DNA from: Planctomycetota bacterium
Lineage (GTDB): Bacteria > Planctomycetota > UBA8108 > SXIK01
Direction: 5' to 3'
Length of the DNA: 64,000 nt
Assembly: GCA_965223265.1 (NCBI GenBank)
Contig: OZ244999.1
Location: forward strand, 3,104,001 to 3,168,000
Shown here: piece after piece, positions 40,543 through 50,717 of the stretch
How the letters are laid out: each line of letters begins with the position of its first letter
Numbering within the stretch: position 1 is the first letter of the stretch
Notes under the pieces: generated by a model
Database searches by the model: none
Told to the model about the DNA's origin: nothing
What the model saw: only the letters and a program-made list of their open reading frames with translations
Program-made: the position numbers and the translations under genes

Positions 40543-43500
40543 TCAGAATTCCTCTTCGGGTGCATCGTATGCTTGGACGTTGACTTGAATTGTTCGAGTG
40601 CTGGTCAGGTCTCGGCCATTCCATTTGAAGCTGGCCTTCAGGGTAGCGTTATGCGTGCCGGGAGGTGTGTTCGGTGCGACCGAGATCGACAGAGTGCCGT
40701 GCGCGCCTTGTTTTGCAATCGTGACTGCGGCGGCGGCGATTCCCTTGGCTTTCTCCGGTGCTTCTAAGGCGACGGTGACGTCCTCTTGGAGACCGTAGAG
40801 CCGAATAATTTCGAAAGATAGCGGCACATTGGTGTCGCCCTGGTGCACGGTGATCGCGTTGGCGCGTGCGACGAGACCGAGCGGCGACGCCGTAATCGAC
40901 AGCTGCGTCGGCATGGCTGCCAGTTCGACTTTTCGCTGCTGCGGTTCATTGGCCTTCGTCGCGGTTTCGGCGCGTTTCACGGCAATGTCTTTTGCTTTTT
41001 GTGCCACCTCAAGTTGACTGGCGAGTTCGACTGAGAGCTTTTCAAGTTGAGCTTTTTCGGCGGCCAGCCCTTCCGCTTGCGCCTTGGCCTCCTTTGCAGC
41101 AGTTTCAACGGCAGCAAATTTGCCTGCAAGATTCTTTGCCTTTTCGTCGATGCCGGCGCTCGACTCCTTGTTCGCCGCGACGTTTTCTTTCGCAGCGGCT
41201 AGCTCTTTTTCCAGCCGATCGGCCAGCTGCTGGCTAACGTCGGCGAAGGTGCTCATGATGACCTCGAGCCGCTTCTTGGAAGTTTCGATCTTCGTCGTCA
41301 GCTCTTGAACCATCTTCTCAAGCTCTTGTTTTCGTGCGTCCGCTTTCGCTGCTGCCTGTGGGTTGCGCCGGTAGGCAACCTCAGACCGAGTCTCAACATT
41401 CAGACGGTAGGAGCCGACGGGTGCGTTCTCTTTGAGGACGATTTCCATCGGCTTGCTGCTCACGTTGCCTTCGATGGTGAGAGGCTTTGCCTCCACATTG
41501 CCTGGCAAGCCTGTCAGGGTGACCGTGACGTTTCCTGCGAACCCGTCGCGCCGGGTGACGTAAACTGGAACGGACAGTTTGCCCCCGCGCGCCATCTCAA
41601 GCGGCAGACCCGAGCCGACGCGTACCGAGAATGGAGCGGCTTCCACGGCGCTGACCGCCAGCGACAGTTCTCGCGTCACCCGTGCTTGAAGCGTCGCCTG
41701 CGAGGCGATCGCCGCCCAGACGACTGTCCCAGCGCGAGCGGCTCGCACAAGATCTCCGCGTGGGTGCTTGCCGTATCCGATCACGCGGATAGTTCCATTC
41801 CACTGCGGAGCATCTTCCGCTGCGGCGAGGATCAGGTCTGCTGAGTTCTTGCCCGCTTCAATCGTGGTCGGGACGCACTGGACGCCCGCCGGCAGGTTCT
41901 CGACAGCAAGTCGGATCGCTCCGCCGAACCCATCCCGGCGCAGTGCCACGACGCGTAAGCGTTCCGTGCCACCTCGACGCAGAAGTGGGCTCCAGACGTC
42001 CGGCAGGAATGCGGCGCCCTTTGCCTCAGCGTCTGGCATGACGGGAAACGCCACCAGAGAAAAGTCGGGCTGCTCCGGCCTGACGATGAGTCGATAGATT
42101 CGCCACGGATCCTTACTCAAGCCGTTGAAGTGGTCTATGACCAAAACTCGGTACGTCCCGCTCTCCGGGGCCGTGAAGCGGATCGCGGGATCGTCGCTCC
42201 TGGTGTCCCAGAGCAGACCGCCGACGTTGGTCGTGCCATCGTCCTGAGCGCTCACCTCCTGCACCGTTTCCTTTCCATCTTCGGAGCGGGTGATGCGCTG
42301 AAGCACAAGCTGCGGGTCGGTGGCTAAGCCGAGTCGGTGCGAGATGACCTCGATGCGATAGACCGATCCCTTGGTGGCTTCGAACTCGTAAAAGTCCTCG
42401 TCAAGCTCCGGATAGAACTGCCCCATGACTTCGCACGGCGGAGTGATCGTCTGAGATTCGGCCGCGGTGTTGTTCGGCTCCGCCTCGACGGTGACAGGCG
42501 CGGTCGCGTATCCTATACGCACGCTGTTGGAGGAGCCGCTGTCGCTTCGCAACCGATAGTTGAACGAGCCGACACTAGACTCAGCAGGGCCGATGGGGGC
42601 GCCGACGCGAGGTGGTGGGAGTGACTCGACTTGCACGGGAATCGTGACCTCGAGGCGTTCCAACTGACGTTCTCCCAACAACACGTCGGTTGGTTCTCCG
42701 CCGGGCAAGTTACGGCCGTAAACGGCGAATTTCTCTGTGGCGCCGGGCGTGCCCGCAGGAGGGAAGACGAAATCAATCTGCGGCCCGGTGCGGACGAGAA
42801 GTTGGTAGAAATAGTCATTACCGCCCCGAAACAGGAAGTCGTGTAGCTTGATAAAATAAGCGCCCGAAGCTGGCGCGGTCACGTCGAGCAGCGCGTCGCC
42901 GCCCGCGTTGTGGTGCGCACTCGCCAACTCGCGCCCGGCCGCGTCGAGGAACTTGATGACCGCCTCGAGGCGCGAGTCAATGCGCTGCGCGCGACACTCG
43001 ATGAAGACTCGTTGCCCTTGGATCAGATCGATCCGAATGACATCGACGTCCGCGGCCCCGTTGACGCGCCCTGAAAGAACCGACCGCAGGGGGATTGGGT
43101 TCGCTTCTTCGGTAGTGGCATTCGGTTCTTTTTCGATCGCGTGGACGCGATCGTCGACAGCAAAGACGCGCGGATTGGAGACACCGAAGCGGCCGCGAGC
43201 TCGCATTTCGTAGAGGCCAGGTTCAACGTCCGGGGCGATCGTCAGACGAAAGCGATTCGGCACCGGTTGCGGGTCTTTCTCCAGCGGACCGGGCGGTTCC
43301 GCGACTTGCTCCGCCGTGATGCCAGCAGTCGAGAAAAGGAGCGCTGACGTCTCGTCGAGGTCTGAACCTTCTAAAGTGACTTCGACGGTGGTTCCGACCT
43401 GTCCCCCGGGGGGGAAACATGAAAGCACACGAGCTGCTGGGAACTGTGCGCTCACCTGGCTACAGGCAAAGACGACGGCGCACAGGGGGAGTCCACCAAA

Positions 43501-43569
43501 CATGCGCCGAGGTTTGGCTGAACGAGTAAGACGCTCGCGCGAAGATTGCGCACGCCCGCGACGTAGCAT
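40543..43569 (-). CDS. Planctomycete PPC (pre-peptidase C-terminal) domain protein
   Basis: FPPGGQVGTTVEV, GVSNPR, EKEPN/EAEPNN, PDFSL; strong GAGGAGG RBS before ATG 43569. Confidence 0.9.
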   Translation of the reverse strand: MLRRGRAQSSRERLTRSAKPRRMFGGLPLCAVVFACSQVSAQFPAARVLSCFPPGGQVGTTVEVTLEGSDLDETSALLFSTAGITAEQVAEPPGPLEKDPQPVPNRFRLTIAPDVEPGLYEMRARGRFGVSNPRVFAVDDRVHAIEKEPNATTEEANPIPLRSVLSGRVNGAADVDVIRIDLIQGQRVFIECRAQRIDSRLEAVIKFLDAAGRELASAHHNAGGDALLDVTAPASGAYFIKLHDFLFRGGNDYFYQLLVRTGPQIDFVFPPAGTPGATEKFAVYGRNLPGGEPTDVLLGERQLERLEVTIPVQVESLPPPRVGAPIGPAESSVGSFNYRLRSDSGSSNSVRIGYATAPVTVEAEPNNTAAESQTITPPCEVMGQFYPELDEDFYEFEATKGSVYRIEVISHRLGLATDPQLVLQRITRSEDGKETVQEVSAQDDGTTNVGGLLWDTRSDDPAIRFTAPESGTYRVLVIDHFNGLSKDPWRIYRLIVRPEQPDFSLVAFPVMPDAEAKGAAFLPDVWSPLLRRGGTERLRVVALRRDGFGGAIRLAVENLPAGVQCVPTTIEAGKNSADLILAAAEDAPQWNGTIRVIGYGKHPRGDLVRAARAGTVVWAAIASQATLQARVTRELSLAVSAVEAAPFSVRVGSGLPLEMARGGKLSVPVYVTRRDGFAGNVTVTLTGLPGNVEAKPLTIEGNVSSKPMEIVLKENAPVGSYRLNVETRSEVAYRRNPQAAAKADARKQELEKMVQELTTKIETSKKRLEVIMSTFADVSQQLADRLEKELAAAKENVAANKESSAGIDEKAKNLAGKFAAVETAAKEAKAQAEGLAAEKAQLEKLSVELASQLEVAQKAKDIAVKRAETATKANEPQQRKVELAAMPTQLSITASPLGLVARANAITVHQGDTNVPLSFEIIRLYGLQEDVTVALEAPEKAKGIAAAAVTIAKQGAHGTLSISVAPNTPPGTHNATLKASFKWNGRDLTSTRTIQVNVQAYDAPEEEF

Positions 43570-43901
43570 CCCCAACCTCCTCTTACAGTGGTTTAAAGGA
43601 ACGCACGCAGACGCCACCAATCGCCGCGCACGTCAAAGTGTTGTTTCGAATGCCTCTCACTTTAACTGCAGGCGAGATTGGACGGTACACAAAAAGAGGG
43701 GCGTCGCCCGCGGGCCTGACTCGTTCACCGCGCTTTGCGTGAACAAATGCCAGTCGAAGCCCCGCTCTTTCATGAACTGCGTCGCCGGTCGGATCGTTTT
43801 GGGTGGAAATCTCGCTCGAAGCTCGTCCGCGGTGGCGCGCCCTTCTGAGTGCGCGTAGCCGCCGCTGCGAGGAAGGGGCACACGCGTCGCTATGGAGCCG
43901 G

Positions 43902-45023
43902 TTAGCGGCTGTCGTCCGCGTCGTTGGCTCTTGCGTCCGCGGCCAAATCGGCGCGGATGCGAAGGGCGACACTTGGATCGACCATCGCCTGCGTCGCAAT
44001 GTGAGTGGCGTGGGCGCCCCGGGCCAAGTAGGCCTGGACGTCGGCGGCAGATCGTACGCCGCCGACTCCGATGAGCTGGAGGGCGCAGCGCTGTTCTGCA
44101 ATGATCGCCGCGAAGATTTCGGTCTGCACAAGCGAGGCGTCCAGCGTGGCAGCGCCGCAGATGCCTCGTCTCTCGCCGCCGAAGAGACGCCTGCCGCCGT
44201 GGTCCACAACCGTGGTGGCAACGCTGTTGGTCATCGCTAGCGCCGTGGCGTGAGGCGCGAGCGACTCGACGAGCTGAGCAGCTGCGGTATGGTCCGTGAC
44301 GTGGCCAATCTTGACGACCAAAGGCGTTGAGTCGATGGCCGCGCGAACCATCGCTGCCACCGTGGCCGCGTCTTGGGAATCCTGATAGAGCTGACCGTCG
44401 CAGGTAGCAACGTTAGGGCACGAGAAGTTGATCTCGACCGCGTCGGCGCCGCTTTGCACGGCCCATTGTGCACATTGAGCGTAGTCGGCTCCCAGTTCCT
44501 CTATCGACCAGCCATCCTGCATCGTGCCGACGACCGACACCGACAGAATCTTACGCTTCTCAAGGGCGTCGCGAGTGGCGGCGACATCGCGTCGCCACAC
44601 GTCGGGTGGCTGCGACGGCATACCAAACGCCACTGCCCAGCTGCCCCGCATTTCATCGATAGCAGGAACGTCGGTTTCATTTCCCTGCAGCGCGCCGCAG
44701 GCGACCGGCTGCAGGTTGGGAAGCTCGTAGCATGCGCGCTCGCGACTGCGAACCGTCTTGTAGGTCACCACGTCGAACCCGAGACTGGCGTAGTAGAGAC
44801 ACCAGCGGCCGTTCAGCAGTGGACCTGCCGGGACACCTAGCGGCGACGCGACGGGCAGGCCGCAGAATCGCCATTCGCCTGGAACTTCCGCCACCTCGCA
44901 GTCAAACGGCTCGGGGGCATGGTGGTAGTTCCATTTGTATGAGCGCGACCGATCGTACCTCGGGGCGCTTCGAAGAGCGTCGTTCGTCGGAGAAGCGTTC
45001 CTCCTCACGTCCGGATCGACCAC
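43902..45023 (-). CDS. Dihydroorotate dehydrogenase-like FMN protein
   Basis: PLGVPAGPLLN, YKTV, EINFSCPN, TNS, IGVGGV. Confidence 0.85.
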   Translation of the reverse strand: MVDPDVRRNASPTNDALRSAPRYDRSRSYKWNYHHAPEPFDCEVAEVPGEWRFCGLPVASPLGVPAGPLLNGRWCLYYASLGFDVVTYKTVRSRERACYELPNLQPVACGALQGNETDVPAIDEMRGSWAVAFGMPSQPPDVWRRDVAATRDALEKRKILSVSVVGTMQDGWSIEELGADYAQCAQWAVQSGADAVEINFSCPNVATCDGQLYQDSQDAATVAAMVRAAIDSTPLVVKIGHVTDHTAAAQLVESLAPHATALAMTNSVATTVVDHGGRRLFGGERRGICGAATLDASLVQTEIFAAIIAEQRCALQLIGVGGVRSAADVQAYLARGAHATHIATQAMVDPSVALRIRADLAADARANDADDSR

Positions 45024-45185
45024 GTTAACAGCCCTCGCTGTACGCTGTTTCGAAGAGGAGGCTGAAACTCCAAGCGTGGGCTACCGTCATTGAGCAGAAT
45101 CGACTCACTTGATGCGAGCGCGTAAGGGGACTGCGGCCCCGCTGATGGCGGTTGCCCGGCCGGCATGAAGTCACCAGACGCGAGC

Positions 45186-47750
45186 TTAGTGATTGAAGAG
45201 AAACTCCTTGGTGTTCACGAGCGCCCAGATGATGTCCTCGAAAGCCTCTCGCGGTTTCTCAGTCTTTTCGAGGTGGGTCAAGGCAACTTTCGTCTCATCG
45301 CCTGTCGGAGCACGAGAGTAGACCCAATAGTAGAGATCCTCGACACGCTTCTCGACAGGCCTCTCGGTCTCCTTCGCGAAGGAGGCTGCACGGCCTGCGT
45401 CGGCCGTCAACATATCGTGGATTTCCTTCGAGTTGAGGAGATGGAGGCTCTGCGCCAGACTTGCGTCCTGTGAACGTTCGCACTCACACGAACTGTCGCC
45501 CTTCGGCTTGCCGAACACTTTCAGAAAGTAGTTGTCGACGCCGGCGTCCGGCAACTGAAGTGCTCGCGTCCCCGCCGGCAGGCCGGCAAACGTTCTCTTG
45601 TTGTCCGTTACCTGGTGCAGGGCGTCGTAGAGGACTTCCGCTTTCAGGCGCTGTGGGTAGTACCGCGAGTAGTTCTGTTTGTCCTTTTGGTTGTGCTCGT
45701 TCGGGAGCGCGCTCAACTGATAGGTACGTGACCGAGTGATGGTCCGCACCAGTTCCTTGAGGTCGAAGCCACTTTCGATGAATTGGCTCGCGAGAGCATC
45801 CAGCAGCTTTGGGTGAGATGCTGGATTGGTGAGCCGCAGATCGTCTTCTGGCTCGACAAGGCCACGGCCGAAGAAGTGCTTCCAGTAGCGATTGACGAGG
45901 GCGCGAGCAAAGAATGGATTGTCCTCGGAACCCATCCAACTCGCGAGTTCTTGGCGCGGGTCACGATCGGCTGCGATCTGGAGAGCCGTTCCTCCCAGTC
46001 CCGCCGGTCGCAGCTTCTCGCCCGAACGTGGATTGGTTGCGGTTGCAATACCACGCTTATGATAGATCCGCGGCTCATGGCGCGCCGAGACGCCGCGCCG
46101 CCCGTCTTTCTGGCCGACTTGGGAGAAGAACGCCGCGAAGCTGTAGTAATCCTTCTGGCTCCAGATCTCGAACGGATGGTGGTGACAGCGGGCGCATTGA
46201 ATGCGAAGCCCGAGAAAGAGCTGGGCCGTGTCCTCGACGCGCTGCTCTTGAGTCCGCACCGACTTGAACCAGGTGACGGGCGGATGGCGGACGACGTCAC
46301 CGCTGGCAGCAACGATCTCGCGCACGAACTGGTCGTATGGCTTGTTTGCCAAGAGGGCTGCGCGGATCCAGCCGTAGAACGCATAGGTGGCGCGGAGTTC
46401 TTGGTCGTTGAACTTTTTGTTGCGTAGCACTGCGCTCCACTTGTTGGCGAAGTTGTCCGCGTAGTCGGTGCTGGCGACGAGTCGTTCGATGAGCGCCTTC
46501 CGCTTGTCGGAGGACGTGTCAGCCAAGAATTCGCGCGCTTCGGGAGCCGTCGGCAACCGGCCGGCGATATCGACGGAAACGCGACGCAGAAATGCCTCGT
46601 CAGTCGCCAAGTCGGACGGTGGGATTCCGAGCGTCTCAAGCTTGGCGAAAATGTGTTCGTCGATGAAATTGTTCGCGGGCGGTAGTTCGACCGGCGCGCC
46701 GAGTGGGACGCTGGCACGGAAGACGCCGACGTTGCCTTGATAGCGCACCATGACAGCAACGACACCCGGCAACGTTCTCGTCTCGACGAGACCATTGGCA
46801 TCCACTTCAGCCATCTCGGTGTCGTTCGATTCGTACTGCGCCATGCGCGTGACATCTTCCATCGTGCCGTCGCTGTAGTGCGCCAAGACACTCAGCTGTT
46901 GCGGCTGATTCTTTTCCATCGTCCGCTCGGTGGGAAAGACTTCGATGCCGACCACCGTCGGGTCGTCGGCTGAGCCGTAGGGCATGCCCTGGCGCATCCA
47001 GCGACGCAGGAGTCGATACTCGTGCGACTCGCGTGTGATCCGCTCGCCGCCGCCGTGCGGCGCTTCGTTGGTCGCTTTGCGCAGAAGCAGGCTGTGCTCG
47101 GGAGAGAGCGGCGACACACGTCGCCCGCGAGACTCGTGGACGAGAAACTCGTAGTCCTCGTCGGGATAGAAGCCGAGCAGCGACAGACGAAAACCGTTCT
47201 GTCCGCCGGATTTGCCGTGGCAGCCGCCACCGTTGCAGCCGTACTTCGTAAAGATCGGGACGATCTGATTTGGAAAGTTCGTTGGCACCTCGGTGTCAAA
47301 CGCGACGACCTCAACTTCCAGCTCGGAGCGAAGGGCGTCCGTCTTTTCCTGCTCAAGAAGAGCGATGACGCTGGTCTTACCGTTGGCGAGAGGCGTGACG
47401 TAGCCGCTGTCGCTCACCTCGACGATGGCTTCCGGCGAGGTCGCGTAGGTGACGAGGTGCGAGATATCAGTCTTGGCTCCGTCTGCACCGATGCCAGTGG
47501 CGACCAGCTGGCGACGAGCGTCCCGTCCGCGCAGAAGGTGGCCATTCCTTGGCGCCAGTTCGATCGAAATCAAGTCGCTTGGAAGGGAGAGTCGGACGGC
47601 TTCGCTGGTCTCAGATTCCGGCTTGGCGTTCACAGCCGTGAACGCCAAAACGGCCACGAACAGGGTCGCCATCGGGACCGCGTTGACGACTGGGCGCCTA
47701 GTTTTGGGCTCAACACGAACGGAGTTTATAGACCGTGCCTCGGGCATCAT
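45186..47750 (-). CDS. DUF1549/DUF1553 (PSD1) protein with Ig-like domains
   Basis: GCNGGGCHGKSGGQNGFRLSL, FLRR, CARCHHHPF, VNRYW, CECER, KEFLFNH. Confidence 0.93.
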   Translation of the reverse strand: MMPEARSINSVRVEPKTRRPVVNAVPMATLFVAVLAFTAVNAKPESETSEAVRLSLPSDLISIELAPRNGHLLRGRDARRQLVATGIGADGAKTDISHLVTYATSPEAIVEVSDSGYVTPLANGKTSVIALLEQEKTDALRSELEVEVVAFDTEVPTNFPNQIVPIFTKYGCNGGGCHGKSGGQNGFRLSLLGFYPDEDYEFLVHESRGRRVSPLSPEHSLLLRKATNEAPHGGGERITRESHEYRLLRRWMRQGMPYGSADDPTVVGIEVFPTERTMEKNQPQQLSVLAHYSDGTMEDVTRMAQYESNDTEMAEVDANGLVETRTLPGVVAVMVRYQGNVGVFRASVPLGAPVELPPANNFIDEHIFAKLETLGIPPSDLATDEAFLRRVSVDIAGRLPTAPEAREFLADTSSDKRKALIERLVASTDYADNFANKWSAVLRNKKFNDQELRATYAFYGWIRAALLANKPYDQFVREIVAASGDVVRHPPVTWFKSVRTQEQRVEDTAQLFLGLRIQCARCHHHPFEIWSQKDYYSFAAFFSQVGQKDGRRGVSARHEPRIYHKRGIATATNPRSGEKLRPAGLGGTALQIAADRDPRQELASWMGSEDNPFFARALVNRYWKHFFGRGLVEPEDDLRLTNPASHPKLLDALASQFIESGFDLKELVRTITRSRTYQLSALPNEHNQKDKQNYSRYYPQRLKAEVLYDALHQVTDNKRTFAGLPAGTRALQLPDAGVDNYFLKVFGKPKGDSSCECERSQDASLAQSLHLLNSKEIHDMLTADAGRAASFAKETERPVEKRVEDLYYWVYSRAPTGDETKVALTHLEKTEKPREAFEDIIWALVNTKEFLFNH

Positions 47751-48109
47751 GCACTTTCTCCCGCGTCGGACGTCGTAACGTATCGAACAATCACAGTTTA
47801 GCGTATCGCGACGTGACGATAACACGGATCCGGCTGGACGCGCAAGAACTTTGGGCGGGCGTAAGCGTCTCTCGGGCGTGCATCGCCGGTCGCTGGCGCT
47901 GCGCTGGGACCGCTGCCAGCCGCCGTCCGCATCGGTTGTCGATGTGGGCCGCGTGTGGTCTGTCGATTCAGCGCTTGGCTTGAGGTTCCCGACAGAGTGC
48001 GCGTTTGGGATACGAACGCAAGGACCGCTTTACATTCTTGAGCCTCCTCAACCTGTTGTGTCGCTTTGTAAATGTTTTTGTTTTAATGGTTTGAAGATCT
48101 TGTGCGGGA

Positions 48110-48125
48110 TGGAGCGACGTTTGCT
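48110..48125 (+). promoter_or_regulatory. Putative sigma54 (-24/-12) promoter
   Basis: TGGAGCG-ACGT-TTGCT with correct GG/GC spacing, preceded by an AT-rich tract (48066-48093), about 70 bp upstream of ATG 48198. Confidence 0.6.
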
Positions 48126-48197
48126 TCTTGTTTTGTCTCTGCACGAGTCCTTTCGTGGGTAAATCGCTGACCAGAGTCTCCATAAGGGGGGAGAGCT

Positions 48198-50672
48198 ATG
48201 AGTCCCGACCGCACACGGTTCGGTATGCGAGCTTGTTCCTCAGCGCCGCGTCTGTTGGCGCTGGATCCGTTGGTCCTGGCCCTTTCGGTTCTTGGGACCA
48301 TGACTTGGGTGTTGTTTCACGGCCCGTCGCTCGCTGCCGGCGAGGCTGTTGACGCCCGGGCGGCGCCGCTGCCGGCGATCGTTTTCGCTGAGCGCGATAC
48401 GATCGCCGCCGACCCCAGCGGCGTCATCACACGGTCGCGCCGAGGGCGTCTGGCCATTCGGGAGCCGGCCCGCGGCGACGTCCGCTATCTTGTCAGTAAC
48501 AGTGCCGGGGTCGGCTCGACTCCGGTCGACGTTACCGATCCCGACGTTTCATACGATGCCGAGCGCGTACTGTTTTCCGGCTATTCGCCCCGTGAACGCG
48601 CGTGGCGCATTTACGAGGTCCGCGTTGATGGCTCCGAGTTGCGTCAGATCACGACATCGGACGGCGACGAATTCAACGTCACGCTCCTCGGTGTCGGCAA
48701 CGCAGCGCTGCAGAGCTTTGACGATCTGGACCCTTGTTACTTGCCCGACGGACGAATCTGCTTTGTGTCGACGCGCTACCCGGCCTTGATTCCGAGTCAG
48801 CGCCAACGCGCAACGAACTTATTCGTCGTCAACCCCGATGGCTCGGATCTTCACCGCATCACCACCGAGCGTTTTGGAGCTGACACTCCGGCGGTCGATC
48901 CGATCAGCGGCAAGATTGTCTACTCGCGTTGGTGGCATTCGTTGCCACTCTCGTCAGTTGCGACCGGCACGACGACGACGGTCACCGACTCGATCCCTCC
49001 CGGCGGCTACTACAACACCGGGCCGCCACCACCACCGCCGCCAAGCGCTCTCTCGGGGGTTACCGAGTCGGCCTTCAGCGGGGTCAACAACTGGTTCCTC
49101 TCCGAGATCAACCCTGACGGTGAGGGATTGCGCATGTTCAGTGGCTTTCGGCTCGACCGACAGGCCTCACAAGCGTGGAAGCCTAGCTTTTTTGAGGACG
49201 GTACGGCCCTCTCGCTCTTTTTGCCCGAGCTTCCGAAGTTCGGCACTCCCGGGCGCAAGGGACTGCGGAAGGTCGAACCCGGCGCCACCGCGCCCGAAGA
49301 GCTTGCCGGCGTGCAGACGTTTCAGGGCGACGCAATTTCCGATTTCGAATACGCGAGCGCGGTGCCACTCGCCGACGGCCGAATCCTGGTAACAGGACGC
49401 TTCTCCAATGACCAGAGCGCGAATCTCTACATTCAGAGCGATCGACGTGCGCTGCCGTCCTTCCTGACAGGACAGCGCAGTTTCGCTGAGATCGATGCCG
49501 TGCCGGTCGTAACGCGCGATACGCCACCCGTGATTGTCGATGAGCTCGAGGATCGTCTAGCCGTGACTTCCGCGCTCGACGTCGAATCCGCCTACGAGCG
49601 TGGCACGTTCAAGTTCGTCGTCGAGAATCTGCATTTCAACGCTCCGGTCGACGTCGACATGCCGCATGCGCCGCCTGTCGGCTTTGGGCTGGCCATCGAG
49701 TTTTACATGGCTCCCCCGCAGGGCGACAGCGCCTCACCGAAGCCGATTCTGATCGAGCGCCGCGACGTCCCGGCCTCCGGCAGAGTTGAGGTGGAGCTCC
49801 CAGCCGGCGTGCCTCTCTTTGAGGTGCTGCGGCGGCCCAACGGCGAGATCGCCAGGGGGCGCGACGGTCAGGTCTATCATGTCGGTGGCATGAATTACGG
49901 TCGTGTGGGGACGCGATCCACGTGCGTCGGTTGCCATATGGGACATTCCATGATGGAGATGCCCGCGGATCCGGAGTGGACCAACTTAGCGACGAGCGCA
50001 GAGCTTGGGCTCCGCTCTCAGGAGAAACTTGTCGACCGCTCCACCGCGGAGGGTAGCACGGCGAGCGCCGGGACTGCATCGCTTGAGTGGCAGGAGCCAA
50101 TCTACGCTCGCGAAGTGGTTCTCTACGCGCCGCGGCCCGGGCCGCTCAACGAGCAGCGCATTTCCGCGGTGATTCTGCGCGCCTGGGATGGAACGCGGCG
50201 CACGGCGATGCTCGATCTGGAGCAAACCATCTCGCCCGAGGGGAGCAGGTTCGAGCTTGCGGCGAGTGACGGCGAACGCGTCCGTCTCGATCGTTTGGAA
50301 GTGATCGTTCCTGACGGCGGTGTTGAAGGAACATACCATGGGCGGGAGAGTCCGGTACTCGCTGAGATCGAGGTGATCGCGCGGGCAACAGGAACGGCGC
50401 GCTTTCGCCGCAGCGATACCAATTGCGATTCGGTCACGGACCTCTCGGATGCGGTGGCGACGCTCACGATGCTATTCGCTGGAAGCGACGACGTTTGTTG
50501 CCTTGAGGCGGCGGACTTCGACGCTGATGAGCGCGTCGATCTCGGCGACGCCGTGGCGCTGCTCAACCATCTCGTCAAAGGTGGACGAGAACCCGCCGAT
50601 CCGTTCGAATCCTGTGGCACCGTCACGAACACCGGTCGCCTCGGCTGCGAGGAGTCCAGGTGCCGTTCATGA
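48198..50672 (+). CDS. Hydrazine synthase alpha-like protein (TolB-like propeller, HzsA middle domain with CxxCH, discoidin-like domain, dockerin-like tail)
   Basis: DPDVSYDAERVLFS, DLDPCYLPDGRICFVSTR, PAGVPLF, CVGCH, FRRSDTNCDSVTDLSD...AADFDADERVDLGD. Confidence 0.82.
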   Translation: MSPDRTRFGMRACSSAPRLLALDPLVLALSVLGTMTWVLFHGPSLAAGEAVDARAAPLPAIVFAERDTIAADPSGVITRSRRGRLAIREPARGDVRYLVSNSAGVGSTPVDVTDPDVSYDAERVLFSGYSPRERAWRIYEVRVDGSELRQITTSDGDEFNVTLLGVGNAALQSFDDLDPCYLPDGRICFVSTRYPALIPSQRQRATNLFVVNPDGSDLHRITTERFGADTPAVDPISGKIVYSRWWHSLPLSSVATGTTTTVTDSIPPGGYYNTGPPPPPPPSALSGVTESAFSGVNNWFLSEINPDGEGLRMFSGFRLDRQASQAWKPSFFEDGTALSLFLPELPKFGTPGRKGLRKVEPGATAPEELAGVQTFQGDAISDFEYASAVPLADGRILVTGRFSNDQSANLYIQSDRRALPSFLTGQRSFAEIDAVPVVTRDTPPVIVDELEDRLAVTSALDVESAYERGTFKFVVENLHFNAPVDVDMPHAPPVGFGLAIEFYMAPPQGDSASPKPILIERRDVPASGRVEVELPAGVPLFEVLRRPNGEIARGRDGQVYHVGGMNYGRVGTRSTCVGCHMGHSMMEMPADPEWTNLATSAELGLRSQEKLVDRSTAEGSTASAGTASLEWQEPIYAREVVLYAPRPGPLNEQRISAVILRAWDGTRRTAMLDLEQTISPEGSRFELAASDGERVRLDRLEVIVPDGGVEGTYHGRESPVLAEIEVIARATGTARFRRSDTNCDSVTDLSDAVATLTMLFAGSDDVCCLEAADFDADERVDLGDAVALLNHLVKGGREPADPFESCGTVTNTGRLGCEESRCRS

Positions 50673-50717
50673 CGCACAGGGCCGATGTGAGACGCATGTG
50701 ATAGCGACGCATGTGAT

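Noticed and set aside
43691-43770. SRP RNA or c-di-GMP-I riboswitch
   Set aside because: It lacks the SRP GGAA-loop/AGCAG motif and the two-stem GEMM architecture; only short words match.
48198-50672. Anammox hydrazine synthase
   Set aside because: Only partial HzsA-like architecture, no hzsB/hzsC, and the neighbourhood looks heterotrophic.
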